Source of the DNA: an uncultured Actinomycetota bacterium
Lineage (GTDB): Bacteria; Actinomycetota; Actinomycetes; CAVWCF01
Direction: 5' to 3'
NCBI GenBank assembly: GCA_963753435.1
Contig: CAVWCF010000002.1
Coordinates: 96,001 to 160,000 of the forward strand
DNA length: 64,000 nucleotides
The position numbers were made by a program, and so were the translations under genes. Under the pieces are notes generated by a model. It was given only the letters and a program-made list of their open reading frames with translations. It made no database searches and was not told the DNA's origin. This document shows, piece by piece, positions 30,099 to 40,120 of the stretch (its first letter is position 1; the number at the start of each line of letters is the position of its first letter).

Positions 30099-30920
30099 AT
30101 GGCTCACGTGGACGGCGCGGACATGAGTGCTGTTGCAGCGGGCAGCGCGGCCACCCGCTGGCGAGAGCAACTGGCCGAGTGGGCGATTCCGCCAGCAATC
30201 TTGGAGCAGGCGGCGCAATCGCCGTGGTCCTTGCCGAAGGAGCTCTTCCGCGTAGAGGCCCCGGCTGAGGTGGACAGTCCCGCCACGGCGGCGGCTCGGG
30301 CGGCCCTGCCGGCAGGCGGCAGCGTGCTGGACGTCGGCTGCGGGGGAGGGGCTGCGGGCCTGGCGCTGGCCGACCGGGCCGGCGAGATCGTGGGCGTGGA
30401 TTCGCGGGCCGACATGTTGGCTGAGTTCGGTGCCGCCGCCCGTCGGCTCGGAGTGGCCTTCCAGAGCGTCCAAGGGAACTGGCCGGAAGTCGCCGATGAG
30501 GTTGCGACCGCCGATGTAGTCGTGTGCCACCACGTGTTCTACAACGTGGCTGAACTGGTCCCGTTCGTCCAGGCGTTGACGGATCACGCCCGGTTGCGGG
30601 TGGTGGTGGAGTTGCCTAGAACGCACCCGACCAGCCGCATGGCCGCCTTGTGGGAGCACTTCTGGGGGGTGATCCGGCCCTCCGGGCCGACTGCGGACGA
30701 TGCGGTGAGCGTCTTGCAGGAGATGGGCATAGCGCCGGAAGTGTCCACGTTCACTGCCCCCGCGCGGCGATTGGCCGACTTCACTGCCGAGGTGGAGCAG
30801 GCTCGAATCCATCTGTGCCTGCCACCGGAGCGAACCGGCGAAGTGGCAGCGTTGTTGGAGCGCATGGGGCCACCGGTGGCCCGGGAGTTGTACGCGCTGT
30901 CCTGGCCTGGCGGCGGCTAG
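30099..30920 (+). CDS. Class I SAM-dependent methyltransferase
   Basis: VLDVGCGGG, GVD, ADVVVCHHVFYN; start may be 30123. Confidence 0.85.
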   Translation: MAHVDGADMSAVAAGSAATRWREQLAEWAIPPAILEQAAQSPWSLPKELFRVEAPAEVDSPATAAARAALPAGGSVLDVGCGGGAAGLALADRAGEIVGVDSRADMLAEFGAAARRLGVAFQSVQGNWPEVADEVATADVVVCHHVFYNVAELVPFVQALTDHARLRVVVELPRTHPTSRMAALWEHFWGVIRPSGPTADDAVSVLQEMGIAPEVSTFTAPARRLADFTAEVEQARIHLCLPPERTGEVAALLERMGPPVARELYALSWPGGG

Positions 30921-31774
30921 AAGGGCGAGATGTCCGGCCAGTCCGTGCCCAGGCCGGCGGCCTGGCGTGCGGCGACGATCTGGTCGTGGCCGTAACGGAC
31001 CTTGAGCATCTGGTCGACCCGCTCGTTGCCGATCGCCTTGCGGCTGATCACGTTCATCGGGTCGAGGATGTAGCCGTAGGTGCGGATGCGGTGGTCGCGA
31101 TCCATCATCGCCAATCGCTCATCCTGCGGCACCTCGGTCGCGTCGTCCAACCAGCTCAGCCAACGCTCCACGCGCTTGGTGACTGCACCGCGCAGCAACT
31201 CGACGGTCTCCTTGGACCGCTCGGCGGTGTAGGAGTGGGCGACGGGAGAGTTGAACGCGCGCATGTAGGTGCCGTGGGAGACCGACCAGGTGAAATGCGT
31301 GTCGCCACGGAGCTTGAGGAAGTCGGGGTCCTCTTGGGCGTAGTACTTCTGCAAGTACTCCGCGTCCACCATGAGATCGCGACGGGGGACCAAGTCGGAG
31401 TAGTAGAAGATGTCCGGGATCGTGCCGAAGACGAAGACCAGGTGCGGCACGTCGATGCTCTGATCCAGCCACACCTGCAAGTTCATGTCGAGGATCGAGG
31501 CCTTGCGGTTGCCGATCCAGGAATGCGCCATGTGGTCAACGCCGGGTCCGGTGTAGGTCTGCATCGAGCCCTCGAACGAGTCGTCCTCGGTGGACCAGTA
31601 CTCCAGGCCGGCGCAGGAGGCTTGCACCTGCAGGTCCGGGAACCGGGCCACTACCTTTTCTTTGACGTCGGTGAGGATCCCGAAAAGGTCGCGGTGCGTC
31701 TCGGTGACGTCGACGTCCGGGTTCTCCGCGAGGTACTCGTGGATGGTCTTGGTCTGCGGCACGGCTTCAGTCAT
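30917..31774 (-). CDS. Red chlorophyll catabolite reductase-like (ferredoxin-dependent bilin reductase fold) protein
   Basis: HSWIGNRKASILDMNLQVWL..DVPHLVFVFGT, DLVPRRDL..D.EYLQKYY and RDHRIR resemble the RCC reductase family from memory; TAAGGT -10 box 6 nt before ATG. Confidence 0.65.
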   Translation of the reverse strand: MTEAVPQTKTIHEYLAENPDVDVTETHRDLFGILTDVKEKVVARFPDLQVQASCAGLEYWSTEDDSFEGSMQTYTGPGVDHMAHSWIGNRKASILDMNLQVWLDQSIDVPHLVFVFGTIPDIFYYSDLVPRRDLMVDAEYLQKYYAQEDPDFLKLRGDTHFTWSVSHGTYMRAFNSPVAHSYTAERSKETVELLRGAVTKRVERWLSWLDDATEVPQDERLAMMDRDHRIRTYGYILDPMNVISRKAIGNERVDQMLKVRYGHDQIVAARQAAGLGTDWPDISPF

Positions 31775-31859
31775 GCGGGGACCTTAGTCGGACCCAATTT
31801 CGGCCCACGACCGACCTAGGTCCCTTCTTGGCCGACGTAGCCCAGGCCCGCCAACGAAC

Positions 31860-31894
31860 GACGGAGGCCCCTGGGGAACCCAGGGGCCTCCGTC
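31860..31894 (-). terminator. glnA terminator hairpin
   Basis: 16-bp stem GACGGAGGCCCCTGGG/CCCAGGGGCCTCCGTC about 35 bp after the glnA stop. Confidence 0.85.
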
Positions 31895-31929
31895 CCGAAC
31901 AACTCACTGGTGAGCCGGTCGGCAATCGA

Positions 31930-33354
31930 TCAGATGTCGTAGTACAGCTCGAACTCGTGCGGGTGCGGACGCAGACGGATCGGGTCGACCTCGTTGGTGC
32001 GCTTGTAGTCGATCCAGGTCTCGATCAGGTCCGGCGTGAACACGTCGCCCTCGGTGAGGAACTCGTGGTCGCCCTCGAGTGCGTCCAGCACCGCAGGCAG
32101 CGAGCCCGGCACGGTGCCGATGGCGTCGTGCTCCTCCGGCGGCAGCTCGTACAGGTCCTTGTCGACGGGCTCCGGCGGCTCGATCTTGTTCTTGATGCCG
32201 TCGAGCCCAGCCATCAGCATCGCCGAGAAGGCCAGGTACGGGTTGCTGGACGGGTCCGGCACCCGGAACTCGATCCGCTTGGCCTTCGGCGAGGTGCCGG
32301 TGACCGGGATGCGCACGGCTGCGGACCGGTTGCGCTGGCTGTAGACCAGGTTCACCGGGGCCTCGAAGCCTGGCACCAGGCGGTGGTAGGAGTTCACCGT
32401 CGGGTTGGTGAAGGCCAGCAGGCTCGGCGCGTGCTTGAGCAGACCGCCGATGTACCAGCGGGCGGTGTCGGACAGGCCGGCATAGCCGAGCTCGTCGTAG
32501 AACAGCGGCTCGCCGTTCTTCCAGATGCTCTGGTGGGCGTGCATGCCGGAGCCGTTGTCGCCGAATAGCGGCTTCGGCATGAAGGTCGCCGATTTGCCAG
32601 CAGCCCAGGCGACGTTCTTGATGATGTACTTGAACTTCATCAGGTCGTCGGCGGAGTGCAGCAGGCTGTTGAACTGGTAGTTGATCTCGGCCTGTCCGGC
32701 GGTGCCGACCTCGTGGTGGGCTCGCTCGACCTTCAGGCCGACCTCGATCAGCGTCTTGGACATGACGTCACGCAGGTCGGCGTAGTGGTCGACCGGCGGG
32801 ACCGGGAAGTAGCCGCCCTTGTAGCGGGTCTTGTAACCGCGGTTGCCGCCCTCTTCCTCGCGGCCGGTGTTCCACGCGCCCTCGATGGAGTCGATGTAGT
32901 AGTACCCGGCGTTGGTCTTGGTCTCGAAGCGGACGTCGTCGAAGACGTAGAACTCCGCTTCCGGACCGAAGTAGGCGGTGTCACCGATCCCGGTGCTGTT
33001 CAGGTAGGCCTCCGCCTTCGCGGCGATGTTGCGCGGGTCGCGGCTGTAGGCCTCGTCCGTGAACGGGTCCCGGATGGAGAAGTTCAGCGCAAGCGTCTTC
33101 TCCGTCCGGAACGGGTCCACGAACGCGGTGGCCGCATCCGGAACCAGCTTCATGTCGGACTCGTGGATGGCCTGGAAACCACGGATCGACGACCCGTCGA
33201 ACATCAGACCTTCGTTGAACGTGTCCGCGGAGAACGACTCGACCGGAACGTTGAAGTGCTGCATGACACCCGGCAAGTCGCAGAACCGGACGTCGATGAA
33301 CTGCACTCCCTCGTCCTTGACGAACTTCAGGAGCTCATCGGCGTTGGAGAACAT
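31930..33354 (-). CDS. glnA: Glutamine synthetase type I (GSI-beta)
   Basis: [41 protein letters not shown]; adenylylation motif DKDLYELPP. Confidence 0.97.
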   Translation of the reverse strand: MFSNADELLKFVKDEGVQFIDVRFCDLPGVMQHFNVPVESFSADTFNEGLMFDGSSIRGFQAIHESDMKLVPDAATAFVDPFRTEKTLALNFSIRDPFTDEAYSRDPRNIAAKAEAYLNSTGIGDTAYFGPEAEFYVFDDVRFETKTNAGYYYIDSIEGAWNTGREEEGGNRGYKTRYKGGYFPVPPVDHYADLRDVMSKTLIEVGLKVERAHHEVGTAGQAEINYQFNSLLHSADDLMKFKYIIKNVAWAAGKSATFMPKPLFGDNGSGMHAHQSIWKNGEPLFYDELGYAGLSDTARWYIGGLLKHAPSLLAFTNPTVNSYHRLVPGFEAPVNLVYSQRNRSAAVRIPVTGTSPKAKRIEFRVPDPSSNPYLAFSAMLMAGLDGIKNKIEPPEPVDKDLYELPPEEHDAIGTVPGSLPAVLDALEGDHEFLTEGDVFTPDLIETWIDYKRTNEVDPIRLRPHPHEFELYYDI

Positions 33355-33421
33355 TCACCCTCCCTTTATGCAACGGCCCGGTTGGACCGCTGAGTGAATG
33401 CCGTGACCGTAGGTAGCGGCG

Positions 33422-33459
33422 GTTTCCCGTCGGTGTCCCGTTTGTTTCGCTGGCGTTAC
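33422..33459 (-). promoter_or_regulatory. Double GlnR box upstream of glnA
   Basis: Minus strand reads GTAAC-N6-GAAAC-N6-GACAC-N6-GAAAC. Confidence 0.85.
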
Positions 33460-33516
33460 GCGCCCACCAGCCACCCCCGAAGTGCCACCTTTGCGCGTGG
33501 GAGTCAGACTGGAGTC

Positions 33517-34068
33517 GTGGCCAATGACCCGGATTCCGGTAACGGCGCCGCTGGCGAATCCGGCCGAGGCCGGGGCTTTAGCCGTGCTGACATCGCGTCG
33601 TGGCTGGAGGGGCCGGGTGCGGCCGCCCGGGCCGCCGGCGTCGAGTTCGGCTACCGCGGCCAGCGACTGGGCCTGCCCGAGACGGGTCCGGGATCGGTTG
33701 GCGGCGTGGGGCGTCGGGTCGGGGCGCTGTTCCTCGACTGGTTCGCGGCGCTGTTCGTGACCCTGCTCGTGGCCTCGCCGCTGCGGTTGGACGCGAACTC
33801 AGATACCGCAACGGCCATCACCCGGGAATGGGCGACGCTGATCGTCTTTGCGGTAACCGTCTGGCTCGGGCTGACCTTGGCGTCCACGACCCTGGGCAAG
33901 CGGCTGCTGCGACTTCAGGTGGTGCGTGTTGACGGCACCCGGATCGGCGCCGGTCGCGCCGCCATCCGAACGCTGTTGCTGTGTCTGGTGATCCCGGCAC
34001 TGATCTGGGACCGCGATGGTCGCGGCCTGCACGACAAGGCCGTGGGCTCCGTCGTTGTGCGTACCTAG
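33517..34068 (+). CDS. RDD family membrane protein
   Basis: GRRVGALFLDW, TLGKRLLRLQVV, DRDGRGLHDKA. Confidence 0.88.
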   Translation: MANDPDSGNGAAGESGRGRGFSRADIASWLEGPGAAARAAGVEFGYRGQRLGLPETGPGSVGGVGRRVGALFLDWFAALFVTLLVASPLRLDANSDTATAITREWATLIVFAVTVWLGLTLASTTLGKRLLRLQVVRVDGTRIGAGRAAIRTLLLCLVIPALIWDRDGRGLHDKAVGSVVVRT

Positions 34069-34071
34069 CGG

Positions 34072-34752
34072 TCAGCCGCGGGGCGGGCGGGGCATGCGTG
34101 CCCCCTTCGGGAGCGGACCCTTGGGCATGGACACCGGCTGCTGCATGGAAGCCATCGCCTTGAGCCGCTGGTTGACGTCAGTGACCTGACCTGGCCGCAG
34201 CGCCTTCGGCAACTTGATGACGGCGCGGTTCAGTTTGCGCAAGGTCACCTGGCCGTCGGTGTCGCCGACGACGATCTCGTGGATCGGTACCTCGCCGACC
34301 ACGCGAGCCGTGCGGCGAGACTCACTGCGCAGCAGGTTGCTGACCCGGCCGGGGGAGCCTTCGGCGATGAGCACCACCCCCGGACGGCCCACCACGCGGT
34401 GCACCACGTCGTACTGCCGTGTCGCCGCTACCGCCGGTGTCACAGTCCAGCCCCGGCGCAGGGTCCCCAGCACCGCAGCTGCGGCTCCGGGCTTGCCTTC
34501 GATCTGGCTCAGCGCCGCCTTCTCCGCCCGGCGCCCGAACACGAAGGTGGCGAGCAGCAGGCCGATTCCCAGCCCGAACAGCCCCCAGAGCACCGGTCCA
34601 CCGATGAGCAGGCCGAACCCCACCCCGGCCAGGATCGGCAGGAGCAGGCAGGCCAGCAGGACCCAACCAATGCGTGGGTCGGCCTGACGGGTGAGGGTGT
34701 AGGCGGTGCGGAGTTGCCGAATTCGGCCCGGCTTCTGTTCTGGGGTGCTCAC
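34072..34752 (-). CDS. DUF4191 family membrane protein
   Basis: Two TM helices; GRRAEKA..QIEGKPGAA, VHRVVGRPGVVL, MPKGPLP; typical position between lipA and RDD. Confidence 0.85.
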   Translation of the reverse strand: MSTPEQKPGRIRQLRTAYTLTRQADPRIGWVLLACLLLPILAGVGFGLLIGGPVLWGLFGLGIGLLLATFVFGRRAEKAALSQIEGKPGAAAAVLGTLRRGWTVTPAVAATRQYDVVHRVVGRPGVVLIAEGSPGRVSNLLRSESRRTARVVGEVPIHEIVVGDTDGQVTLRKLNRAVIKLPKALRPGQVTDVNQRLKAMASMQQPVSMPKGPLPKGARMPRPPRG

Positions 34753-34761
34753 GCGCCCAGA

Positions 34762-35739
34762 CTACGTGGCCGACCGCGCCGGACCGGTTGGGGCAGCGAC
34801 CCCGTCAGCGGCCCCGACGCTGGCCGACCGCGCCGCGGCCGCCTCGCGGTAGAGGCGTCCGGCGCGGTAGGAGGAGCGCACCAGCGGCCCGCTCATCACC
34901 CCGGCGAAGCCCAGGTCCGCGGCAACGGCGGCCCAATGGTCGAACTCGGCCGGTTCCACCCAGCGGGAGATCGGGTGGTGCCGAGCCGACGGCCGCAAGT
35001 ACTGCGTGATGGTGATCAGGTCGCAACCGGCCGCCCGCAAGTCCCGCAGCGCCGTTTCCACCTCCGCGGCCTCCTCGCCCATGCCGAGGATCAGGTTGGA
35101 CTTCGTCAGCATCCCGGCCGCCCGGGCGAGCGTGATGACGGAAAGGGAAAGGTCGTAGCTGAACGCCGGGCGGATCCTCTTGAAGACCCGCGGCACCGTC
35201 TCCAAGTTGTGTGCGAAGACCTGCGGTGCCGCATCGAAGACCTGCTGCAGCAGTTCCGGTTTGCCGCTGAAGTCCGGGGTCAGAATCTCCACGCCGGTTT
35301 CGGGGTTGAGACCGTGCACGGCGCGCACCGTCTCGGCGTACAGCCAGGCCCCCTCATCGGGAAGGTCATCGCGCGTGACGCCGGTGATGGTCGCGTATCG
35401 CAGCCCCATTGACCGCACCGATTCGGCGACGCGACGCGGCTCGTCGACGTCCAGCGGCTGCGGTTTGCCGGTGTCGATCTGGCAGAAGTCGCAGCGTCGG
35501 GTGCACTGGTCCCCGCCGATGAGGAACGTCGCCTCCCGGTCCTCCCAGCATTCGTAGATGTTGGGGCAACCAGCCTCCTGGCAGACGGTGTGCAGCCCCT
35601 CGGTCTGCACCAGTTCCCGGATCGCGGTGTACTCCGGGCCCATGCGCGCCCGGGTCTTGATCCACTCGGGCTTGCGCTCGATCGGGGTCTGCGCGTTGCG
35701 GACCTCAAGTCGCAGCATGCGCCGTGGTTGATCGGTCAT
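34762..35739 (-). CDS. lipA: Lipoyl synthase
   Basis: [31 protein letters not shown]. Confidence 0.96.
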   Translation of the reverse strand: MTDQPRRMLRLEVRNAQTPIERKPEWIKTRARMGPEYTAIRELVQTEGLHTVCQEAGCPNIYECWEDREATFLIGGDQCTRRCDFCQIDTGKPQPLDVDEPRRVAESVRSMGLRYATITGVTRDDLPDEGAWLYAETVRAVHGLNPETGVEILTPDFSGKPELLQQVFDAAPQVFAHNLETVPRVFKRIRPAFSYDLSLSVITLARAAGMLTKSNLILGMGEEAAEVETALRDLRAAGCDLITITQYLRPSARHHPISRWVEPAEFDHWAAVAADLGFAGVMSGPLVRSSYRAGRLYREAAAARSASVGAADGVAAPTGPARSAT

Positions 35740-36434
35740 GAGCCGACCGCCTGCGCCGCCACCGGCTCTGGTCGCTGCGACCTGCCAGCGCGTTCGGCCA
35801 GGAAGGACTCCCACCCCTCGTGCAAGTGGGACTCAACTATCGGCAGCGCGTCTGCGACCGCGACGGTTCGCCCCAACTCGGCGGTGAGCGACGTCACGCC
35901 GGCATCGGCGATGCCGCAGGGGACGATCCGTTCGAACGCCGTCAGGTCGCAATCACAGTTCAAGGCGAAGCCATGCATCGTGACCCCACTGGCCACGCGC
36001 ACGCCGATCGCGGCCACCTTCCGTGCCGGACCGCGGGAGTCGGCATCTACCCAAACCCCGCTGCGGCCGACCACCCGGACGGTAGGAAGCCCGAAGTCGG
36101 CGCAGGATCGAATCAGCACGTCCTCCAGGAACCGCACGTAGGCGACGACGTCCACCGGGTCGGGCAACCGCACGATGGGGTAGCCGACCAACTGGCCTGG
36201 TCCATGCCAGGTGATCTTGCCGCCGCGGTCCACATCTACCACGGGGGTGCCGTCGGTTGGCCGCTCCAACGGGTGCGTGCGCTTGCCGGCGGTGTAGACG
36301 GGCTGGTGCTCCAGCAGCAGCAGTTGATTCTCCGCACCGTCGGCAACCTCAGCGTGGGTGCGCCGCTGCTGCGCCCACGCCTCCGGATAGGCCACGGCCT
36401 CGTGAGCCAGACCTAGGACGGTGGTGCGCATCAC
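35736..36434 (-). CDS. lipB: Octanoyltransferase
   Basis: [43 protein letters not shown]. Confidence 0.95.
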   Translation of the reverse strand: MMRTTVLGLAHEAVAYPEAWAQQRRTHAEVADGAENQLLLLEHQPVYTAGKRTHPLERPTDGTPVVDVDRGGKITWHGPGQLVGYPIVRLPDPVDVVAYVRFLEDVLIRSCADFGLPTVRVVGRSGVWVDADSRGPARKVAAIGVRVASGVTMHGFALNCDCDLTAFERIVPCGIADAGVTSLTAELGRTVAVADALPIVESHLHEGWESFLAERAGRSQRPEPVAAQAVGS

Positions 36435-36440
36435 CCCACC

Positions 36441-37178
36441 CTAAGCGCTGTCGCGCACCCGCCCTGGACGCAGCCGGGTCTCCACCACCTGGCCGCCGAC
36501 CAGGTCCACGCGGTAGGCGGCCGGGCCCGTCTCAGGGTCGTATTCCTCGTCGGTGAACACGGCAACCGCCTCGGTGCCTTCGTAGAGCACGCCGACCCGA
36601 TCGTCGGTGGCATAACTGGTGGGCAGCGTTCCGTCCGCCACGAGGGAGTGCAGCAGTGGGCGGCGCTGCTTCTCGGAGTCGTAGTGAACCCCGTTGCCGT
36701 ACGGCAGCAGCCCTAGACCGTTGGTCACCGGCTGCAACTTCGGTCCGAAGGAGTCGGTCGGACCACCCACATGCCAGCAGATCGACCCGGCGCTCACCCC
36801 GCCGAGCACGGTGCCTCCTTGCCAGGCCTCGGCCAGCAACTGTGGCAGCCCGTGCACCGACCACACCGCCAACAGGTTCGCGACCGAGCCGCCGCCGACC
36901 CAGATGAGGTCAGCCCCGAGCAGTTGTTCGGCGGGATCGGCGTTCGGCTGGGGGAACAGTTCCAAGTGGGTCACTTCAGCAAGCGGGGCCAACGCGGCAT
37001 AGCGACGGTGGTAGGTCGGTCGGTCATCGCCCCCGGCGGTCTCCAGCAGGCACACCCGGGGTCGGTCCTTGCCGGTGAGTCGCAGGGCTTCCAGGACGAG
37101 CCCGCCCGGTCGGGACACGAGCCAGCGCTCGGTGGGCAGGAACCCGCCGGAGGTCGCCAGGATGCGCGGAGTGGGCAT
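36441..37178 (-). CDS. Peptidase E (S51) family
   Basis: WVGGGS, GVSAGS, GVHYD. Confidence 0.88.
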   Translation of the reverse strand: MPTPRILATSGGFLPTERWLVSRPGGLVLEALRLTGKDRPRVCLLETAGGDDRPTYHRRYAALAPLAEVTHLELFPQPNADPAEQLLGADLIWVGGGSVANLLAVWSVHGLPQLLAEAWQGGTVLGGVSAGSICWHVGGPTDSFGPKLQPVTNGLGLLPYGNGVHYDSEKQRRPLLHSLVADGTLPTSYATDDRVGVLYEGTEAVAVFTDEEYDPETGPAAYRVDLVGGQVVETRLRPGRVRDSA

Positions 37179-37183
37179 CCGCC

Positions 37184-38482
37184 TCAGCCCTGGACTCGGT
37201 GCGGCAGCGGCTCGGGGTTCGGGAGTCGAATCGGCGCCTGGAGCACCGCTTCGGCGGCCCGGCGGCCCGAAACCATCGCCCCCTGAAGCGAACCGGAGTC
37301 GCGGTGGTCGCCGGCGATGAAGATCCCGTCACCCAACGCCACCGGCAGCTGGAAATCGTGCGGCGGCGGCATCGCGGGTAGGGCGTAGTCGATGGCGTAG
37401 GTGCCGACCAGGTCCCAGGAGGACGCGTCAGCACCCAGCAGGCGGCGCAGGTGCCGCCGCACTGATTCGATCGTGGCGGCATCGGTCTTCGTCCCCAGCA
37501 GCGTCGCGGCGACCAGGCTGCGGCTGCTTGGTGAGTAGCCGGGGGCGGCGTTGCTGATGACCACAGCGTTGATCAAAGGGCCGCGTCGGTGCCCGTCAAC
37601 TACGAGGATCGGCTCGCCGCCGGTCAGGGGGCCGGCAGCGGACAAGAAGTACAGCGTCGTGCAAGCGCGTCCTTCGGGTACAGCGAGCCCGGGCAGCAGC
37701 ACGGCCGCCTGCGTGGGATCCGTGGCCACCACCACTGCGGCGGCGCGCACTGAACCGTCGTCGGTGTGGACCGTCGTGCCATCAAGTCGCCGAACCGGAC
37801 TGTTCAGCCGCACGTCCGCGCAGCCGGCGGCCAGTTGCTCGGGAATCCGCTGCATGCCGCGTTCGGGCACGCCCGGGGTCGCCCGAAGGAACGTCCTGAG
37901 GACGAAGTCGGCGAAGCGCCTGGACGTATCCAGTTCGGATTCCAGGAACACGCCGGCAAAGAACGGGCGCAGCAGCCGCTCGATCGCGCCTTCGGACACC
38001 CCCATTTCCGCCAAAGCCGCGGCCGTCGAAGCGTCCGGCTCGGCCGCGAGCTGCGACCCCTCCGATTGCAGCGCTCGAGTGGCCCAACGAAGCAGGATGG
38101 CAGCGTCCCGCGGGCCAAGGACCCCGCTGAGCGCGGACTCAAGGAGTCGGCGCTGATCCCGGCGGGGATCAAGGAGCCGATAGCGGCGAGTTCGCCCATT
38201 GGCGTCGTCCAGGGCCACCGCAATGCCGGGCGCCAGCGGCTGCAGCCGGAGAGCGTCCAGGTCCAGCACGCGCCGCCCCTCGGGGTAGGCGGGGTTGTAG
38301 ACCTGAAAGCCGCGGTCCAACAACAGCCCGTCGACCTCATCGGTGCGCACGCGTCCGCCCACGGCGTCGCCGGCCTCCAGGACGAGGACTTCGCGGCCGG
38401 CACGAGTCAGATGCCCGGCTGCGGCCAGCCCGGAGATGCCCGCGCCGATCACGACGGTGTCGACGAACGCAGGAAGCGGCAT
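37184..38482 (-). CDS. FAD-dependent oxidoreductase (amine oxidase-like)
   Basis: VIGAGISGL, GGRVRT, LDRGFQV, AGDH..SLQGAMVSG. Confidence 0.88.
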   Translation of the reverse strand: MPLPAFVDTVVIGAGISGLAAAGHLTRAGREVLVLEAGDAVGGRVRTDEVDGLLLDRGFQVYNPAYPEGRRVLDLDALRLQPLAPGIAVALDDANGRTRRYRLLDPRRDQRRLLESALSGVLGPRDAAILLRWATRALQSEGSQLAAEPDASTAAALAEMGVSEGAIERLLRPFFAGVFLESELDTSRRFADFVLRTFLRATPGVPERGMQRIPEQLAAGCADVRLNSPVRRLDGTTVHTDDGSVRAAAVVVATDPTQAAVLLPGLAVPEGRACTTLYFLSAAGPLTGGEPILVVDGHRRGPLINAVVISNAAPGYSPSSRSLVAATLLGTKTDAATIESVRRHLRRLLGADASSWDLVGTYAIDYALPAMPPPHDFQLPVALGDGIFIAGDHRDSGSLQGAMVSGRRAAEAVLQAPIRLPNPEPLPHRVQG

Positions 38483-38567
38483 GCCGTGACGCTACTGCGG
38501 CCACCGACTGCTCGCCCTGTGGATGGCGTCCCACGGCCTTCACCCGATCGGGGCATGCTCCGCGGCC

Positions 38568-39169
38568 ATGTCCACTCTGACGCGTCCGCAACGCTCGGCC
38601 ACAACTACTGGAGGATGGCGGCGCCGAGTTGTGGGTGCGCTGCTGGTCGGTGCCGTGATCAGCGCCGGGGTGGCCGTCGGCGTCGGTTTGTCAGCGTCGC
38701 CCGGATCCCCGGAGGCGCTGCCCGTTGCCGCGCCCGGATCCGATGGGCCGGTTTCGATGCGGGCGGAGCCACCTCCGTCGACTGGGCCGAGGTGGTGGCC
38801 GACCTGGACCTGGCTCGAGATCTGGCCCTACGCAACGGCAACCCAGCGGCCATCGCCAACTACGCCGCCGCCGGCTCACCTGCCGCGGCCGCGGACGAGG
38901 CGCTGCTGCAGCAGGTCCGGTCCGCATCCTTGCGTCCGTCGCCGGTCCTTCCGGAGTTGAGCGATGTTGAAGCACTGGAAGTCGCTGCCGAGGAAGTGCG
39001 ATTGCGCGTGAGTGACCGGCTCCCGGCCGTGTCGTGGATCGGCGCGGATGGAGTGGCGGCGGCAACGCAGGAGGTAAGGGAGCTGAGCACCTGGTTGGTC
39101 AGTCTGCGCTGGGTTGAGGGGCGCTGGCTGCTCTGGGACGTGAGCGCGGAAGCAGCAGGTGCTCGCTAG
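38568..39169 (+). CDS. Membrane-anchored hypothetical protein, frameshifted near 38775
   Basis: TM segment in the frame of ATG 38568; continues VDWAEVVADLD..GSPAAAAD..GRWLLWDV in another frame; length is 3n+2. Confidence 0.6.
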
Positions 39170-40074
39170 GCGTTGCTGAGTGCCTGGTCTATGACGGCCG
39201 TCGCGTCCTTGTCGGCGAATGCGAACCCGGCGTCGGTGAGCCGCTTCGGAACTACTTCGAATGAACCCAGGACGTCGTCGGCGAAGTCGCCCAGGACGAG
39301 CCGAAGCGCGAACTTCGGTACTGGGGCGATGGTTGGCCTGTGGATCGCTTTCCCCAAAAGGCGCGTGAACTCGCCGTTGGTGGTCGGCTCGGGGGCGGAG
39401 ACGTTGTATGGGCCGTTGGCGTCCTCTTGCTCCAGGAGGAAGCGCAGGGCGCGGACAACGTCGCGGAGGGAGACGACGCTCCAGACAGACTTCCCGCCGG
39501 CGAGAGGGCCCAGGAGGCCGGCCTTGCCCAGCGGCAGTAGGCGCCGACCGAAGGTGCTGCCGGAGGCGTCCATCACCAGTGCAAGGCGGGGGAGTACGAC
39601 TCGGACCCCGGCCGCGGCCGCTGCCTGTGCGGCCGCCTCCTTGTCGACGATGATGCCGGCGGCGAAGTCGGAACCGGCGGGTGATTCCTCGGTGAGCTGC
39701 CCGCCGCCGTTGTCGAGTCCGTAGTAGCCCATGGCCCCGACGCTGATGAGGACCGCGGGCCTGGGGTCGGCAGCGACAGCGAGTTCGGCTGTCGCGCGAG
39801 CCGCAGCAACGTGGCTGTCGTGCAAGGTGCGCTTGTATGAATCGGTCCACCGCTTGTCGCCGATGCCGGCGCCGGCGAGGTTGACGATGGCGTCAACGGG
39901 GCCAAGCGACTGCGGGTCTACACCTCCGGCCGGCTGGTGCACGTCCCAGGACACCTCGTCCGGTGCGCTTGCGGGTCGGCGCACCAGCCGAACGACTTGA
40001 TGCCCATCGGCGGTCAGCGAATCGACCAGCGCCGACCCGACGAAGCCGCTGGAACCAGCGATGGCAATGCGCAT
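39166..40074 (-). CDS. TIGR01777-like NAD-dependent epimerase/oxidoreductase
   Basis: IAGSSGFVG, VNLAGAGIGDKRWT, GPYN..P, VVPKRL..GF.F. Confidence 0.9.
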   Translation of the reverse strand: MRIAIAGSSGFVGSALVDSLTADGHQVVRLVRRPASAPDEVSWDVHQPAGGVDPQSLGPVDAIVNLAGAGIGDKRWTDSYKRTLHDSHVAAARATAELAVAADPRPAVLISVGAMGYYGLDNGGGQLTEESPAGSDFAAGIIVDKEAAAQAAAAAGVRVVLPRLALVMDASGSTFGRRLLPLGKAGLLGPLAGGKSVWSVVSLRDVVRALRFLLEQEDANGPYNVSAPEPTTNGEFTRLLGKAIHRPTIAPVPKFALRLVLGDFADDVLGSFEVVPKRLTDAGFAFADKDATAVIDQALSNA

Positions 40075-40120
40075 ACGACGAGTCTTGCGGAAGCGGGCGC
40101 TTTCGGCACTGCGAAGGTGC

